A stretch of DNA of 63,815 nt, filler included, from Octopus bimaculoides (GCF_001194135.2; 4 parts of 4 records of this genome joined end to end with filler, not necessarily neighbours in it); one strand, 5' to 3'. Shown: positions 39,530 through 53,158, counted from the whole stretch's first letter. The notes: a model not told the origin generated them from the letters alone. Numbers and translations are program-made.

Positions 39530-39967
39530 TTAATTATTTCTACTTCTCTATTTTTTTTTTTTTTTCATCTTACTCTAATTAAATATTCTAAATGCCCTGA
39601 GATACACGTCCTGCCTTGGTTTTGTTGTCCATTTATTTTTTATATATACCTGCTGACTCAGAAGCCTACTATGGATTCCTAGCTCCAACTTCAGCTGTGA
39701 ACTTGGAACATAACAGATGACTAATTATAGCACTTACACAGTGTACCTATTGGTTTAGATCATCAGTGAACTAAAACCCTCATATTCTTTATATATATAT
39801 ATATATATATATATNNNNNNNNNNNNNNNNNNNNNNNNNNNNNNNNNNNNNNNNNNNNNNNNNNNNNNNNNNNNNNNNNNNNNNNNNNNNNNNNNNNNNN
39901 NNNNNNNNNNNNNNNNNNNNNNNNNNNNNNNNNNNNNNNNNNNNNNNNNNNNNNNNNNNNNNNNNNN

Positions 39968-41130
39968 TATAAATGGAGTTAAATGCAGGTGTTATTAAAA
40001 TTCTTTTACTTCCAGCACATGTTTCAAAGATATCACTGGTATTATTCCAAAGGAATAAAATGGTGTAAAACAATGTAATCTTACCAAAAAGTACAAAAAG
40101 TTAAGAATAGTTTAGTTAAGTTTTTCCGTAGAATGGGCTAAAGCAACGTTTTTGATGATGATGTAACGAAGGCCAACTTTTTAGATATTACACTTAACTT
40201 ACACAATAATTTGTACTTCCAATACCACAAACCATTGACCAATCTTAAGTATATTAGCAAATTCAGTAATCATTCTAGGGCAATTACTTGGAACTTAGTT
40301 AAGAATATTTCATTTAGATTGTCTAAGTTATCTGCTAATGTTGACATTTTCAATGATAAGGCTGAATTTTATAACTCTGCCTTACTTAAAGCAGGTTATA
40401 CAGAGAAAGTTACATACATTAATTCCATTCAATCTTATTCTACCTTTACTAATGAGATATGAAATCTAGTTGTAAGGATATAAATGATATCGATTTTAAT
40501 TTATATATGCCAACACCAAACGGAGGAAGGGAGATAACCCTTATTTAAACCCCTATTTTCGTTCTAACGGTAAATCTATGTCTTTCAAAGATAGTTACAC
40601 TTAATCTAAGGTAACTAATAGTGAAACCATTTGGTTAATTATTCCTTATGGGAGGCAAATTAAATCTAATCTCCCTTTGCAGTTTCATAAAGCTATTATT
40701 AGGAATTTTCCGTGCTGCATGGAATTTTGTCAGTGAACAGGTCATGGTCTCAAAGCGACGAAAATATTTTGGCAAATTAAATTTAAATGTTGAAGTGAAT
40801 CTAACGGTTTTTGTGTGTTTCTTAAATGGCTTATAAACACCTTCCACACTGCAATTGTTTTCATTCCAGCACACGATCTCAGATCAGGTCACTTGCTATG
40901 CATGTACATCTCTGTAAACTTAATAGCGTTCAGTTAATCACGATACATATCCATCATATTCTGTTAAAATGTCTTATTGATGAGTTTCATTTCTTCATTT
41001 CCCTGAAGAGAAGATTACATTGTTTTACACCATTTTATTCCTTTGGAATAATACCAGTGATATCTTCGAAACATGTCGGAAGTTAAAGGATTTGAATAAC
41101 ATCTGCGTTTAACTCCATTTATTTATTTAT
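39968..41130 (+). mobile_element. 5'-truncated Penelope-like element with an inverted partial terminal repeat
   Basis: Degraded ORF pieces (YHKPLTNLKYISKFSNHS...ISFRLSKLS...YNSALLKAGY; TIWLIIPYGRQIKSNL...IRNFP) resemble the PLE RT C-terminus/linker. 39968-40082 is the reverse complement of about 41010-41125; hammerhead in the right repeat. Confidence 0.75.
40997..41083 (+). ncRNA. Minimal type I hammerhead ribozyme (Penelope terminal-repeat type)
   Basis: Stem I ATTTCC/GGAAGT, core CTGAAGA (41003-41009), stem II GAAGAT/ATCTTC, then GAAA-C-AT-G-TC with a GUC cleavage triplet; stem III palindrome ACATGT. Confidence 0.8.
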
Positions 41131-41280
41131 ATATATTATACAAAATATTTCACGTAAACCCGGAGTTTCTACCTTTAAAAACAAGGACTTACACCCTTTT
41201 TACTTGTGTGATTTTTTGCAACTCTGGTAACTATTTATCTATTTTTTCCATGTTAATTGTTAACAAGGGAAAAATACACA

Positions 41281-43682
41281 CATCATCATCATCGTTTAAC
41301 GTCCGCTTTCCATGCTAGTATAGGTTGGATGATTTGACTGAGGACTGATGAACTGGATGGCTGCACCAGGCGCCAATCTGGTCTGGCAGAGTTTCTACAG
41401 CTGGATGCCCTTCCTAACGCCAACCACTCCGAGAGTGTAGTGAGTGCTTTTACATGCCACCGGCACGAGGGCCAGTCACACAGTACTGGCAACAGCCACG
41501 CTCAAAATGGTGTTTTTTTATATGCCACCTGCACAGGAGCCAGTCCAGCGGCACTGGCAACGACCTCGCTCGAATGATTTTCTAATGTGCCACCGGCAGA
41601 AGTGCCAGTAAGGCGATGCTAGTAACGATCACACTCAAATGGTGCTATTTATGTGCCACTAGCACGGAAGCAGCCAGACAGCTGCTCTGGCAATGATCAT
41701 GCTCGAACGGTGCTGTTAGTGCTCCACTGGCACAGGTACAGGTTATTGAATATGGTTCAATTACAATTTCGATTTCACTTGCCTCAAAAGGTCTTCACAA
41801 GCAGAGTTTAGTGTCCAATGAAGTAAAGATATGAATAAGTGAGCTGGCTACACTTCTGGCAGAGGCCACAGGTTATGCATTCACTTGGCTTGCCGGGGTC
41901 TTCTCACGTACTGCATATTTCCAAAGGTCCCGGTCACTAGTCATTGCCTCGGTGAGGCCTAAAGTTTGAAGGTCGTGCTTCACCACCTCATCCCAGGTCT
42001 TCCTGGGTCTGCCTCTTCCACAGGTTCCCTCAACCACTAGGGTGTGGCACTTTTTCACACAGCTAGCCCCATCCATTCTTCCCACATGATCATACCAGCG
42101 CAATCGTCTCTCTTGCACACCACAACTGATGCTTCTTAGGTCTAACTTTTCTCTTAAGGTACTTACACTCTGTTGAGTATGCACACTGACATTACACATC
42201 CATCAGAGCATACAGGCTTTGTTTCTTGCAAGCTTACGCATGTCCTCAGCAGTCATGGCCCAAGTTTCACTGCCATGTAGCATAGCGGTTCGTACACAAG
42301 CGTTATACAGTCTACCTTTTACTGTGAGCAAGAGGCCCTTTGTCACCAGCAGAGGTAAGAGCTCTCCAAACTTTGCCCAGGCTATTCTTATTCTAGCAGC
42401 TACACTTTCAGTGCACCCTCTCCCGCTACTAACTTGTCACCTAGATAGCGGAAGCTATCAACTACTTCTAGTTTTTCTCCCTGGAATGTGCGCATTTTCA
42501 GTGTTTATTGCTCCTGAGCATCTGCCCAGTACAAAAATTATCTTAATATTTAGCCTTCCTTTGATATTGTTGCACCTCTTATGTGTCCATAGTTTACACT
42601 GGGTACAACTTATGGAGTTTCTACCTACGCCTTTTCTACAGATCGAGCAGGACCATCTACCTGAAGGGGTTTGTGTTTTGTCTACCTTCCTACTTATTAG
42701 GACTTTGGTTTTAGCTAAGTTGACTCTAAGGCCCTTCGATTCTAGTCCTTGCTTCCACACCTGAAACTTTTCCTCTAGTTCTGGTAGTGACTCAGCAATT
42801 AGGGAAAGGTCATCAGCATAGAGGTGCTCCCAGGGGTATCTCGTCTTCAATTCCTGTGTTATTGCCTGGAGGACTATGATAAATAGGAGGGGGCTGAAGA
42901 CTGAACCTTGGTGGACCCCTACCTCTACCCGGAATTCTTCACAGTACTTGTTGCCAACCCTCACCTTACTGACAGAGTCCCTGTACATGGCTTGCACAGC
43001 TCTCACTAACCACTCATCTATCCCTAGTTTCCTCATTGACCACCAGATAAGGGAGCGGGGGACCCTGTCAAAGGCTTTCTCCATGTCAACGAAAGCCAAG
43101 TACAGAGGTTTATCTTTGGCTAGGTATTTCTCCTGCAGCTGTCTTATCAGAAATATAGCATCAGTGGTGCTTTTTCCTGGAACGAACCCAAATTGCATCT
43201 CATCTAAACTGACTCTCTCCCTAATTTGTTGGGCTATGACCCTCTCCGTAACTTTCATTACCTGGTCCAACAACTTGATACCCCTGTAATTGTTTGTTTC
43301 TAGAGCGTCGACTTTACCTTTGTAGCAGTTGACTATGGTGCTGCTACACCAGTCATTGGGTATGACTCCTTCGTGTATCACCTGGTTAACTATACGGGTG
43401 ACTTGGCTATAGCCGACACTGCCAGATATTTTGAGCATCTCTGCAGTGATAACTATGGGCCGGGGGCTTTCCCTGTCTTCATACTCTTGATCGCTTTATC
43501 TACCAAGGTACTGTCAATTAGGATAGCTGGTCCCTCTGTTGGGTTGACATGCAGCAGACTCTCTTCCTCCCATTCATTCTCTTTATTGAGCAACCTTTCA
43601 TAGTGGTGTCTCCAAACCTCTCTCTTTGTAGCCTCGTTTAGTGCAAGTGAGCCATCATCCATGCAGACACATTTCTCTCCTA
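41281..43682 (-). mobile_element. RTE-clade LINE, 3' 2.4 kb (RT domain, 3' UTR, (GAT)n tail)
   Basis: 326-aa ORF 42458-43438 with NYRGIKLL, QFGF.PGKSTTDAIF, AFVDMEKAFDRVP, GVHQGSV.SPLLF and YADD; C-terminal GRGRPRKTW; tail at 41281-41292. Confidence 0.93.
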
Positions 43683-43930
43683 NNNNNNNNNNNNNNNNNN
43701 NNNNNNNNNNNNNNNNNNNNNNNNNNNNNNNNNNNNNNNNNNNNNNNNNNNNNNNNNNNNNNNNNNNNNNNNNNNNNNNNNNNNNNNNNNNNNNNNNNNN
43801 NNNNNNNNNNNNNNNNNNNNNNNNNNNNNNNNNNNNNNNNNNNNNNNNNNNNNNNNNNNNNNNNNNNNNNNNNNNNNNNNNNNNNNNNNNNNNNNNNNNN
43901 NNNNNNNNNNNNNNNNNNNNNNNNNNNNNN

Positions 43931-43969
<39 letters not shown>

Positions 43970-44359
43970 GCAGATATAGCTTTATATGTGTCGTAAGAAG
44001 TTTGGTTCCCAATCACCTAGTGTAGTGACATTTCAGGCAAGTGTCTTCCATTATAGCCCTTTAATAAGGTAGTAAGGGATGATACTGAGAATGCATGAGA
44101 AAAAGGAAGAGTGCTTACCACTCACCCTTCGAAGAAGGGTGTGTGGTAAGCAGATAAAATATGTGCAGTCCTTCTATCAATTACAGCAGCTGAATGAATA
44201 GTGCTGTAGTCGTGTTATGAAAATGAATTGTGGGAGGGGCAAGTGTTAAGATGTATTGTTGCAGTGGAGAGATATTCATCAGGGACAGATCAGGTGCAGG
44301 AGCGTAGACATATGTGATACACTTTTCAGGCCTCATTTTTACTTAGCTGGAGGTGGTCT

Positions 44360-44850
44360 TCTCAAACACAGCAAATTACTAATCATCTTGGTCTTTATTC
44401 ATCTTTCTGAGACTCAATCTCTGAAGGCCATTCTTGATTACTTCATCTCACATCTTCCTGGGTCTTCTTCCCCTTCCACAGGTTCTATCCGCATTTAGTG
44501 ATTAACACTTCTTTATGCAGCTATCCTCATCAATCCACATCACATGACCATACCAGCACAGTCATCTCTCTTGCTCGAAACATCTGATACTTCTTATGCC
44601 CAGTTTTTGTCTCAACACATTTACACTTTGTTATGCACTCTGATACTGCACATCCAGCAGAGCATGCTAGTTTCATTCCTTTCAAGTCTTCACATGTCCT
44701 CTGCATTCACAGCCCATATTTCACTACCATGTAGCATTGCTATTTGTTTACAAGCATCATATAATCTGGCTTTCACTGAGGTCACAGAAACCTTTTGTTA
44801 TCTATGGAGGTAATAGCTCTTTGAACTTTGTCCTTCCTATTCTTCTAACA
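44360..44850 (-). mobile_element. Old RTE C-terminal fragment
   Basis: Similar to about 41940-42350 (cttcctgggtcttcttccccttccacagg; ctaccatgtagcattg). Confidence 0.6.
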
Positions 44851-45413
44851 ACTATACTTCTGAACATACATGTATGTTACTGTCTCTTTGACTTGACTTC
44901 ATGTAATGGTTGTAAATGAGTGTCACCATCATTTTTAAATTTCTGTAAAAATATGTTTGGTCAAGGGGAAATATTATCTTACTTGGAAACAAGTGAGGGT
45001 TGGCAACAAGGGTATCTAGGTTTCTATCCCAACAAATTCCATTCGACCTATGCAAGCGTGGAAAAGTGGACTTTAAAACAATAATGATATATTCTTACTC
45101 AACACACATTTATTTAGAAAAACATAATAATATAACAATATGCTATTTCTTTCAATTGTTTTTATTTTATATCAGTGTATTATATATAATATTAAGTTTT
45201 GGAAACAAATATATTGGATTTTTAAAACTTATTTACTCTTGAAGCAGTTGTACTTCATTGTATGTTATACATTGTTTTGTAGGGTTTTAAGACAGTTTAA
45301 GCCCAAAAATCAAGGTGTATATTATACACAAATTTTTACAGTACTCTCAAGATTACATTTAACTGTACATTTATTCTTTTCTGTGTCTCATTCTCTGTAT
45401 TGCCTGCTTACAG

Positions 45414-45449
45414 ACAGTCACTGGTATGATGCGGAAAAGCAACAACCAA
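45414..45449 (+). CDS. AGK: AGK 36-nt internal exon
   Basis: ttacag|ACA...CAA|gtaagc, phase 0-0. TVTGMMRKSNNQ corresponds to the VVTGVLRR segment that follows GGDGT in AGK and links the flanking exons in frame. Confidence 0.8.
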
Positions 45450-47193
45450 GTAAGCAGTCTTTCTTTTCTTCCTTATTTCTGTGATCTATTTTTGAGAGAT
45501 TGTGAGCAGATAATAGGTAACATATTGTTTGCATAAATGATGTATTTTGTTATTATTGTTGACACTTTGCTGACAGTTTGAACATTGACAGTACTAAGTT
45601 GCTGCATTGTTAGTAATCTGTTGTGAGAAACTGGTGTGAGTAGTAACATTCAGCTAGTTTGACACCACCATTTGGCCACTGAGTGCCTGTAATAGAGTTC
45701 ACTCTGTTGTAAGCATTCAGATCTGCTGATAGCTGTATTTCATGATGCATTTCTTCCTCTAGCAGCAACCTTTGAGTTGTGGTTCTTTCAACTCTTCCCC
45801 ACCACCTACTTCCAAAGTCCATCGGAAGATTATAAAAATGGCCCTTACTCTTCTAACCAAACCATAAAAAATATGTTATTATCAAAGTTAATTCCTTTTC
45901 CATGATTTGGATTTTCTCATTAGAGAGTCATTCATTAGATGGTATATTAATAAAGCATTGAAGAATTTTTTCATCCACATAAAAATTAATCATTGTTAAG
46001 CCATCTGTTCAAGAATTTGATGATTTGAATGTTGAAGTAAAGAAAAATTAGTCAATTTTTAACTCTATACAATGAGGGCTCATTGATTTATGTTGTATAA
46101 AACTTCATGAGTGTTGGTGCCACTCTAAAATGCAACCAGTACACTCTGTAAAGTGGTTAGTGAACAAGTGGAGACATTGTAGTGTTGGTGTCATGATAAA
46201 ATGCATCCAGTGCACTCCATAGAGTGGTTGATAGCAGGTAGGAAACCAAACCAAGAATTAATAGTACAAGTGATATATGGTTCTCTGAACTTGGACAGTT
46301 TGGAGAACTGTCCAAGAGGGCAAATACGAAATGACTAGGACTGTAATGATCTGTTTGCATGAGAAATAAATGCAAAATGATAATGGTGATATTTATTGCA
46401 CTAGACTAGTGTGTACTCTACTATTTTTTATTGGTTTTGGTAATTGGACGGCAGGTATGTTGAGGCACTGCCTTCAAGAGATTTTAGTTAATTATATCAG
46501 TCTGTTACTTATTTTATCTATTACATATTTATTGAATGGCTAAACTGATCACCACAAATATGAATACATCCACATGTATTTACAATGGTAAGTTGTTAAA
46601 ATTTTAATAGCCCTTCACTTAGCTACTAAAATTTTGCTAATAATCATAATTTTAATCAAGGATTCATCATCATCAACATCATCACTGTTTAATGTCCGTC
46701 TTCCATGGGTGGGATAGTACCACAAGAGTCACCCAGGTTGAAACCTGCACCAGACTTCTGTGACTGTATTGACCAGATTTCTACAGCTGGATGCCCTTCC
46801 TAACACCAATCACTCAGCAGAGAGGACTTAGTGCTTTTTACGTGGCACAAGCACAGGCAAGGTGAGTAGTGCTTTTTATGTGACACAAGCGCAGGTGAGG
46901 TCAGTTTTGGCAAGGTTTTTACAGCTGGAAGCCCTACCGAACACCAACCACATTAAGTGGCACCTGCACTGACAGGGTCACAAAGTACTTGCAAGGCATT
47001 AAAAACTTTTAAGAAGAGGCAGTGGAAGAGATGATGATGGAAAGGTTATAGTGAAATAGATACAGGTGTCTTGCTGTAGAGGAAATAATGACTAAGAATT
47101 GATGGTGAGAGATATAGGAGTGGCTGAGGTTGGAGTTGTTAGATATGTGAGGGCATTGCGAGTGATAGCAGATAAGAGGTGTTAAGGATGGAA

Positions 47194-47914
47194 TATAGGG
47201 CTTTCCTATAAGGTGTTATCCACCCCTAATTGGAACTCTCCCGTATGACATGTACGCATGCTCAGTGACTTGCTTTAACAGTTGCAATCAGCTGAATGCA
47301 CATTGCCAGTGACATTTGACATAATTACCCACACTCTGTGGTCAGGATTCTTTTTTTGGTTTGATGTCGGTATCGAAGGGATTACCAGACACCGGACAAT
47401 ACAGTGAGAGCAGCTTTCACTCACATCATGGTATTCGATGCTGTGTANNNNNNNNNNNNNNNNNNNNNNNNNNNNNNNNNNNNNNNNNNNNNNNNNNNNN
47501 NNNNNNNNNNNNNNNNNNNNNNNNNNNNNNNNNNNNNNNNNNNNNNNNNNNNNNNNNNNNNNNNNNNNNNNNNNNNNNNNNNNNNNNNNNNNNNNNNNNN
47601 NNNNNNNNNNNNNNNNNNNNNNNNNNNNNNNNNNNNNNNNNNNNNNNNNNNNNNNNNNNNNNNNNNNNNNNNNNNNNNNNNNNNNNNNNNNNNNNNNNNN
47701 NNNNNNNNNNNNNNNNNNNNNNNNNNNNNNNNNNNNNNNNNNNNNNNNNNNNNNNNNNNNNNNNNNNNNNCGATAGCTGAATCATCAAGCTGCTTTATAT
47801 CCATGATAAGACGTAAAACAATAACAATGGCGTGGGTAGCCTCCGGAAGTTTAATTATCTACATGGAGCGCCGCCTAGTCAAGGGAGATAACCTACTTAT
47901 AGGAAAGCCCTATA
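47194..47914. mobile_element. MITE / non-autonomous TIR element
   Basis: TATAGGGCTTTCCTATAAG ... CTTATAGGAAAGCCCTATA inverted termini; internal N gap; superfamily unresolved. Confidence 0.75.
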
Positions 47915-47930
47915 GCAGTGGTGGGGTATA

Positions 47931-49158
47931 TATTGGGTCATCCATAATGTGGTTTTTTTTTACTTCTTTTATTTTTCAAAATTAGGATAAACAAGGTTCT
48001 TTTGTAATCTAAAATATACTCTTCTTCGTTTTCTACAATGCTCTTCCATCTATCTGGTAGATTTGCAAGGCCCTCTTCCAAAATTCACTTCTCCGTGACG
48101 AAAAATACTCCTCCATACTGTTCTTACCTCATCTACAGAATTCATATTTTTTCTGTCCAAATGATTTTGAAGACTCTGGAATAAATGATAATCAGTTGAA
48201 GCAATGTGAATATGGTGGGTGGGTCATCATTTCCCATTCAAACTGCTGTATGTGGCCAAGCATTATCCTGATGGAAGAATACCTTTCGTCTTGAAACCGA
48301 AGATGGTCATTTTTCTTCTAGTGCTGACTTAAGCTGTTCACAGTAGATCTCCTTTATCATTGGTTTGGGTTTAAAAGTTCAAAGTGGACTAAACCTTCCA
48401 TATCCTACCAAACAGATAGCGACACCTTATGTGAGCGAAGACATTCTTTAGCCTGGAGTGCCGGTGTTTCACCTTTCCCTATCCACTATCTTCGGCCCTT
48501 GACATTTTTATAAAGAACCCATTTCTTGTTACCAGTCACTATTTGGTCCAAGAAAGGTTCATTTGTGGGATGTGACAGGAAAGAAGATGATTGCACACGA
48601 TTGGACTTGGAAAGTTTGTGAGGAACACATTGACCCAATTTGCTAACTTTTCCGATGGCACACAGGTGTCAATGAATGGTTGAATGACTAAATCCAAGCT
48701 TCTCTGCTAGTTCTTCAACAGTTACAATGGGATTTTGTTCCACTAGGGTTTGCAGGATGTCCTCGTCAAGCTCTACAGATCTTCCAAGATGAGGTTCATT
48801 TTCTAGGCTGTAGTTTCCGGGTTAGGATTTCTGGAACTACCACTAACACTGGCTTATGCTTATTGTCTGATCCCCTTATTCTGCATTAATATTCCTCACA
48901 CTTTCTGTTGCATCAATGCCTTTATTGAACTCATAAAGCAAAATATGCCAAATATGTTCCTTTGCCACTTCCATTATATCTTTGAAAAAATAACTGTTAA
49001 AATTGAACTGCACTCTTCAAAACTTGTACTAAGAATAAGACAAAGGTAAAATTACTACCTGCTTTTATAGCAAGTTGATGCAGGTAGTTTATCCTGTCCC
49101 CTTCCAACTTTTAGTTCATGCAATTGATAAAACCACATTTTTGGGGGATGACCCAATA
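47931..49158 (-). mobile_element. Near full-length degraded mariner transposon
   Basis: TA|TATTGGGTCATCC ... GGATGACCCAATA|TA; transposase relic MEVAKEHIWHILLYEFNKG...GRSVELDED.LQTLVEQNP..TVEELAEKLG with stops. Confidence 0.9.
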
Positions 49159-49930
49159 TAGATATTATTTAATAACAGTTTGCCTTGGCTTCATGTAACT
49201 TAGTTTTATAGTTTCATAGAATGAACCTAACTCATCAGGCATTTGGAGATGAAGTAACAGGAAATGAGATAAATTCAAGATGGCTTCTAGATGTTAGGCT
49301 TCCATTGGATTTGGATCAGTTATTGTTGGCTTGCAAGTGATATCAGATTGTATTTTCAAGTCGTATTAGTTGCTCTCCAAATGCTTGAAGCCCACAAAAC
49401 CTTAAACTTTTATTGAATACTATATTTAACTTCTGCCAGGTGTGTTGAGTACCACTTTCTTTCATTTGTCTACTCACTAATGTGTGAGTGTGGATGCACA
49501 CATGTATGCACATACAAACATACACACTTTCTTTTTTTGTTGGGCCTGCAACCTCAAAGAGAAAGTGAGCAAAAAGAATTGGGAGCCCATTAATGGACTT
49601 ATACTATAATTATCAGCTTTAAAAGGATGCATGGCAAAATTGACCTCAATAGGATCTGAACTAGATGACAGTGTTTTGTATCGAATGTTTTGATGATGCA
49701 GTTTTAAATACCTACATTGTGAGTAACATGTTTCCTTTGTCATAGTGATCTTTACTATTTATCCCTTAGTACAGGTGAAGTGAAGAAGGCAGTAAAATAT
49801 AAGCAGTCAATTTACCTCTCACCTCTTCCCACCATATAATCAAAACAAATAAATATGTTCCCAAACAATCAGTTTCAATATTTTCACAAGTGAATTGGGG
49901 GAAGAACTGACATTTTTATTTTTGTTTCAG

Positions 49931-50025
49931 AAATTCTGTCAAGCAGTACCTGTTGGTGTCATTCCATTAGGTCAACAGAACCGATTTGCGACATTGCTGT
50001 TTGGAGAAGACCCAAATCAAGTTAA
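49931..50025 (+). CDS. AGK: AGK internal exon (P-x-G-x-IPLG motif)
   Basis: tttcag|AAA...AA|gtaagt, 95 nt, phase 0-2. KFCQAVPVGVIPLGQQNRFATLLFGEDPNQV matches the DAGK-family IPLG motif of AGK. Confidence 0.9.
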
Positions 50026-50329
50026 GTAAGTTATATTGTTGATGTCATTGTTATATCCTGTTCAAAGGCGTTTTAACTGTAACTATCTCATCTTGTTTTG
50101 TGATGTGATTATATTATGAAATGTGTCCTTTTTTTTTTAAGGCAGAAAGGAATAATAGGAAGTAAATTTTGTTGCATTTGCACTATGGTTCAAATGCAGT
50201 TACCAAACACACATGCATATATAAAAGTTAATAAAAGAAAATGGAGAAGAAATATAGTGGATACTTGGTTAATTTTATTTGTATCATGATGAAAAAATGT
50301 AATACATACAAAATTTAAGATGTAAATGA

Positions 50330-51430
50330 AGTGAATCAACAAAAAATTTCAAACATTGAAAAATCCTACGTTTCGATCCGGCCATTAAGTTTCAATCATC
50401 ATCAGATGAGGACCGTGTTTTCAAATATTCAAATAACATAAACTAATAATTTATTTGGATGCCAAGTTTGTGTGGGGAGATATTATCAAATGAAATCTTG
50501 CTGAAATACTATAATGTATTTGAAAAATAGATTTATAAGTGTTAAGAGACATAAAATAGTAATTTAATTATAATATGGGCTGTTAAGAGTATTGAAGACA
50601 AATTGAGAGATAGAATAGATTTTTGAGAGGGAAAAAATAAACATAAATGATCTAGGAAATAAAAGAGAGAGATAATTTGATATATATTAAAATAACTATT
50701 AATTATTTAACATCTCAATGTACTAATGTTGACATTCCATTTATTCATAGAAAAGTTGTTTACATACTTCGGAGATGAATTTAAATATTTATGTGAAAAA
50801 AATAAGTAAGGGTATAGAGAGAAAAATAGATTTTTAAAAAATAGGGGTTATGTGGAAAAAATATGAATAGAAGGTTATTAAGTAAATTACTGAAAACAAA
50901 AGGGTAATCATAATGGTTGTAAGTATAAAAGTGGACTGCATCTATATTCCATTTAACAATGAAATAAATAGATATAGATTATTGTATAAAGTTGGTATTA
51001 GAGTTTTTGAGTGTTATAATTTAAAATTTGAGAGATCTATGGATTAAATTTATACTTATATTAAATATGGTTTATATGATCATTGTTCTGATAAATAAAC
51101 ACATTAATATCATAGGTTTAAAATGTGGGTTTTCCTTAATATGGAAAATTATAAGTGGTGGATTATTGAATATGCTGCAGAGAACTAATATATAATTTAT
51201 AATTTCAATGTTGGTGTATATTTTGATATGGAGTAAAAAATATTGAAATTAACTAAGAAGAGGATATTATATATATTGCATTGAGTTAATAAATTGATAA
51301 TAGAGTTTGGGATTAAGTTTTAGAGTTCAAATAAAAATTGAATATTGGTGAGTTAATTAAAATAATGGAAATAAAAATAGGGGCTATGGTGTTATATATG
51401 GAGTATAAGTATAGTGGGAGTAGCAATGAA
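50330..51430 (-). mobile_element. Degraded AT-rich Penelope-like remnant
   Basis: Minus-strand CTGATGA...GATC-GAAACGTAG hammerhead relic at about 50365-50405, followed by about 1 kb of decayed AT-rich sequence. Confidence 0.4.
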
Positions 51431-51451
51431 GGGATATTATATATTATTGTA

Positions 51452-52858
51452 CTAGCAGCTAAACCCAGTTTCACCCAGTCTGTTTGAATGATGTGGCTGT
51501 GATTGTTTTCGGTTAGGCATAATCCATAACAGCGTTTCTCAACCTGATCATTTCATGCCCTGTTTCAATTGGAGCCTCCAGCTATATGAAGATTTCACTC
51601 CCTCCTATCAGAAAATGGCTTCAGGAGTTGTAAAGAAAGAATTTGTACGTAGTCTGTTTGTGAGAGCTATTCTATTGGACGTCTATCTAATCATTAAAAG
51701 ATTTATTTAATTATGAACATAGAAAGAAATTATACATTAATCACAATTTTTGTAAGCAGTTTTATCCATAAAAATTTTATTTGCAGAGAGCAGAAATTGA
51801 AAGATATATGAAATGGACGTGCGTGTGTATGTGAGAGAGAAAGCAACTGGTGTTAATGGCAGAATAACATTTGAAATGCAAATCTGTGAATGAAAAATAA
51901 GTTCAGACCTCTACATTGTAGGTAGACCNNNNNNNNNNNNNNNNNNNNNNNNNNNNNNNNNNNNNNNNNNNNTTAATTAATTAANNNNNNNNNNNNNNNN
52001 NNNNNNNNNNNNNNNNNNNNNNNNNNNNCTTCATTAGAAATCTAAGGATGCACATAAGCACATAATAGAGAAAACTGAAACAAATATGGACGACTTGCTC
52101 CGAAACACCACCGAGTGGGGAACACTTCTCAAAAATAACCTGCAGTTGTTTTCTTCAAACTTCCTACATGCTTGAAATGTACATACATCAACATACATTT
52201 GTACAAAATTTCATGAAAAAATATTCATTTTCCTGGAAGTTAAGAGGAATATAAGTGGAATTTCCGAATATTGTACCCCACCCCCTTCCAAAACACTTTC
52301 ACCGAAAATTTTTGTATATTTGGAATCTACATAATAAATAATATATGCATAGAAAATTTCATAAATAAATATTCATTTTTATGAAAATTATGACCTTCCA
52401 AAGTTNNNNNNNNNNATAGAGATTGAGAGCAATGTGTATGTTGTTGTCACAGGTCATGTATGTGTGGTTGTGTGTGTTTTTACGTATCTATGTTATGAAG
52501 AATAGGTAAAGAATACTGAGATGAAAGTTTAATCTATGACGTTGTATGTATCACTTTCTCTCTCTCTCCCTCTCCCTCTTTTACTTTTACTCTCTATATT
52601 TTATGTTGAGCGCGTGTGTAAGAATGGCGTTCCAGTAGCAAGGATGAAATATAAAAGTTGCTAGAAACAACAGCCAAATCTCCCTTAAATCACACAAAGT
52701 AAACGGAATTTAAAAAATCTAATTACTGCACTGGAAAGTTCAGATCGAGAAAATTCCATTGATGTAAAAATTTTTACGAAAAATTGGAAAATGTGGATTT
52801 CTATAAACATTCAAAAAGGCTTCACACAAACACACAATTTCAGATTTATATATTAAGA
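51452..52858 (-). mobile_element. Non-autonomous Helitron
   Basis: Minus strand A|TCTTAATATATAAA ... CTGCTAG|T with the same 3' terminus as the 35391 element. Spans assembly gaps, so may be two pieces. Confidence 0.65.
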
Positions 52859-53158
52859 TTATTATGTAGCAGCAGTATAACAACATTACATGTTATATGT
52901 GGTGGTATAAATTTTTGAAGACAATTTAGGCCAAAAAATTAAGATGCATATTATCCATGGGCTTTTACTGTCATCAGTAAATTTCTTAATACTTTGATGA
53001 CCACAACTGAATCATTTAATTGTAAAAAGAGAAAAGGTTATTCTACTTGCTATTCCTTAGCTAATGTAAGTAGCCAACATGTTTCTTAGTGACAAACAAA
53101 ATTGATTCCCTTGAATTCAATTTTCTTTCACAATCATGTATCATCTCATCTTCTATAC

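Noticed and set aside
46290-46316. 11-bp hairpin CTTGGACAGTT-TGGAG-AACTGTCCAAG; also an 8-bp hairpin at 1989-2008
   Set aside because: Short enough to arise by chance or as repeat debris in 64 kb; bacterial-type terminators are irrelevant here.
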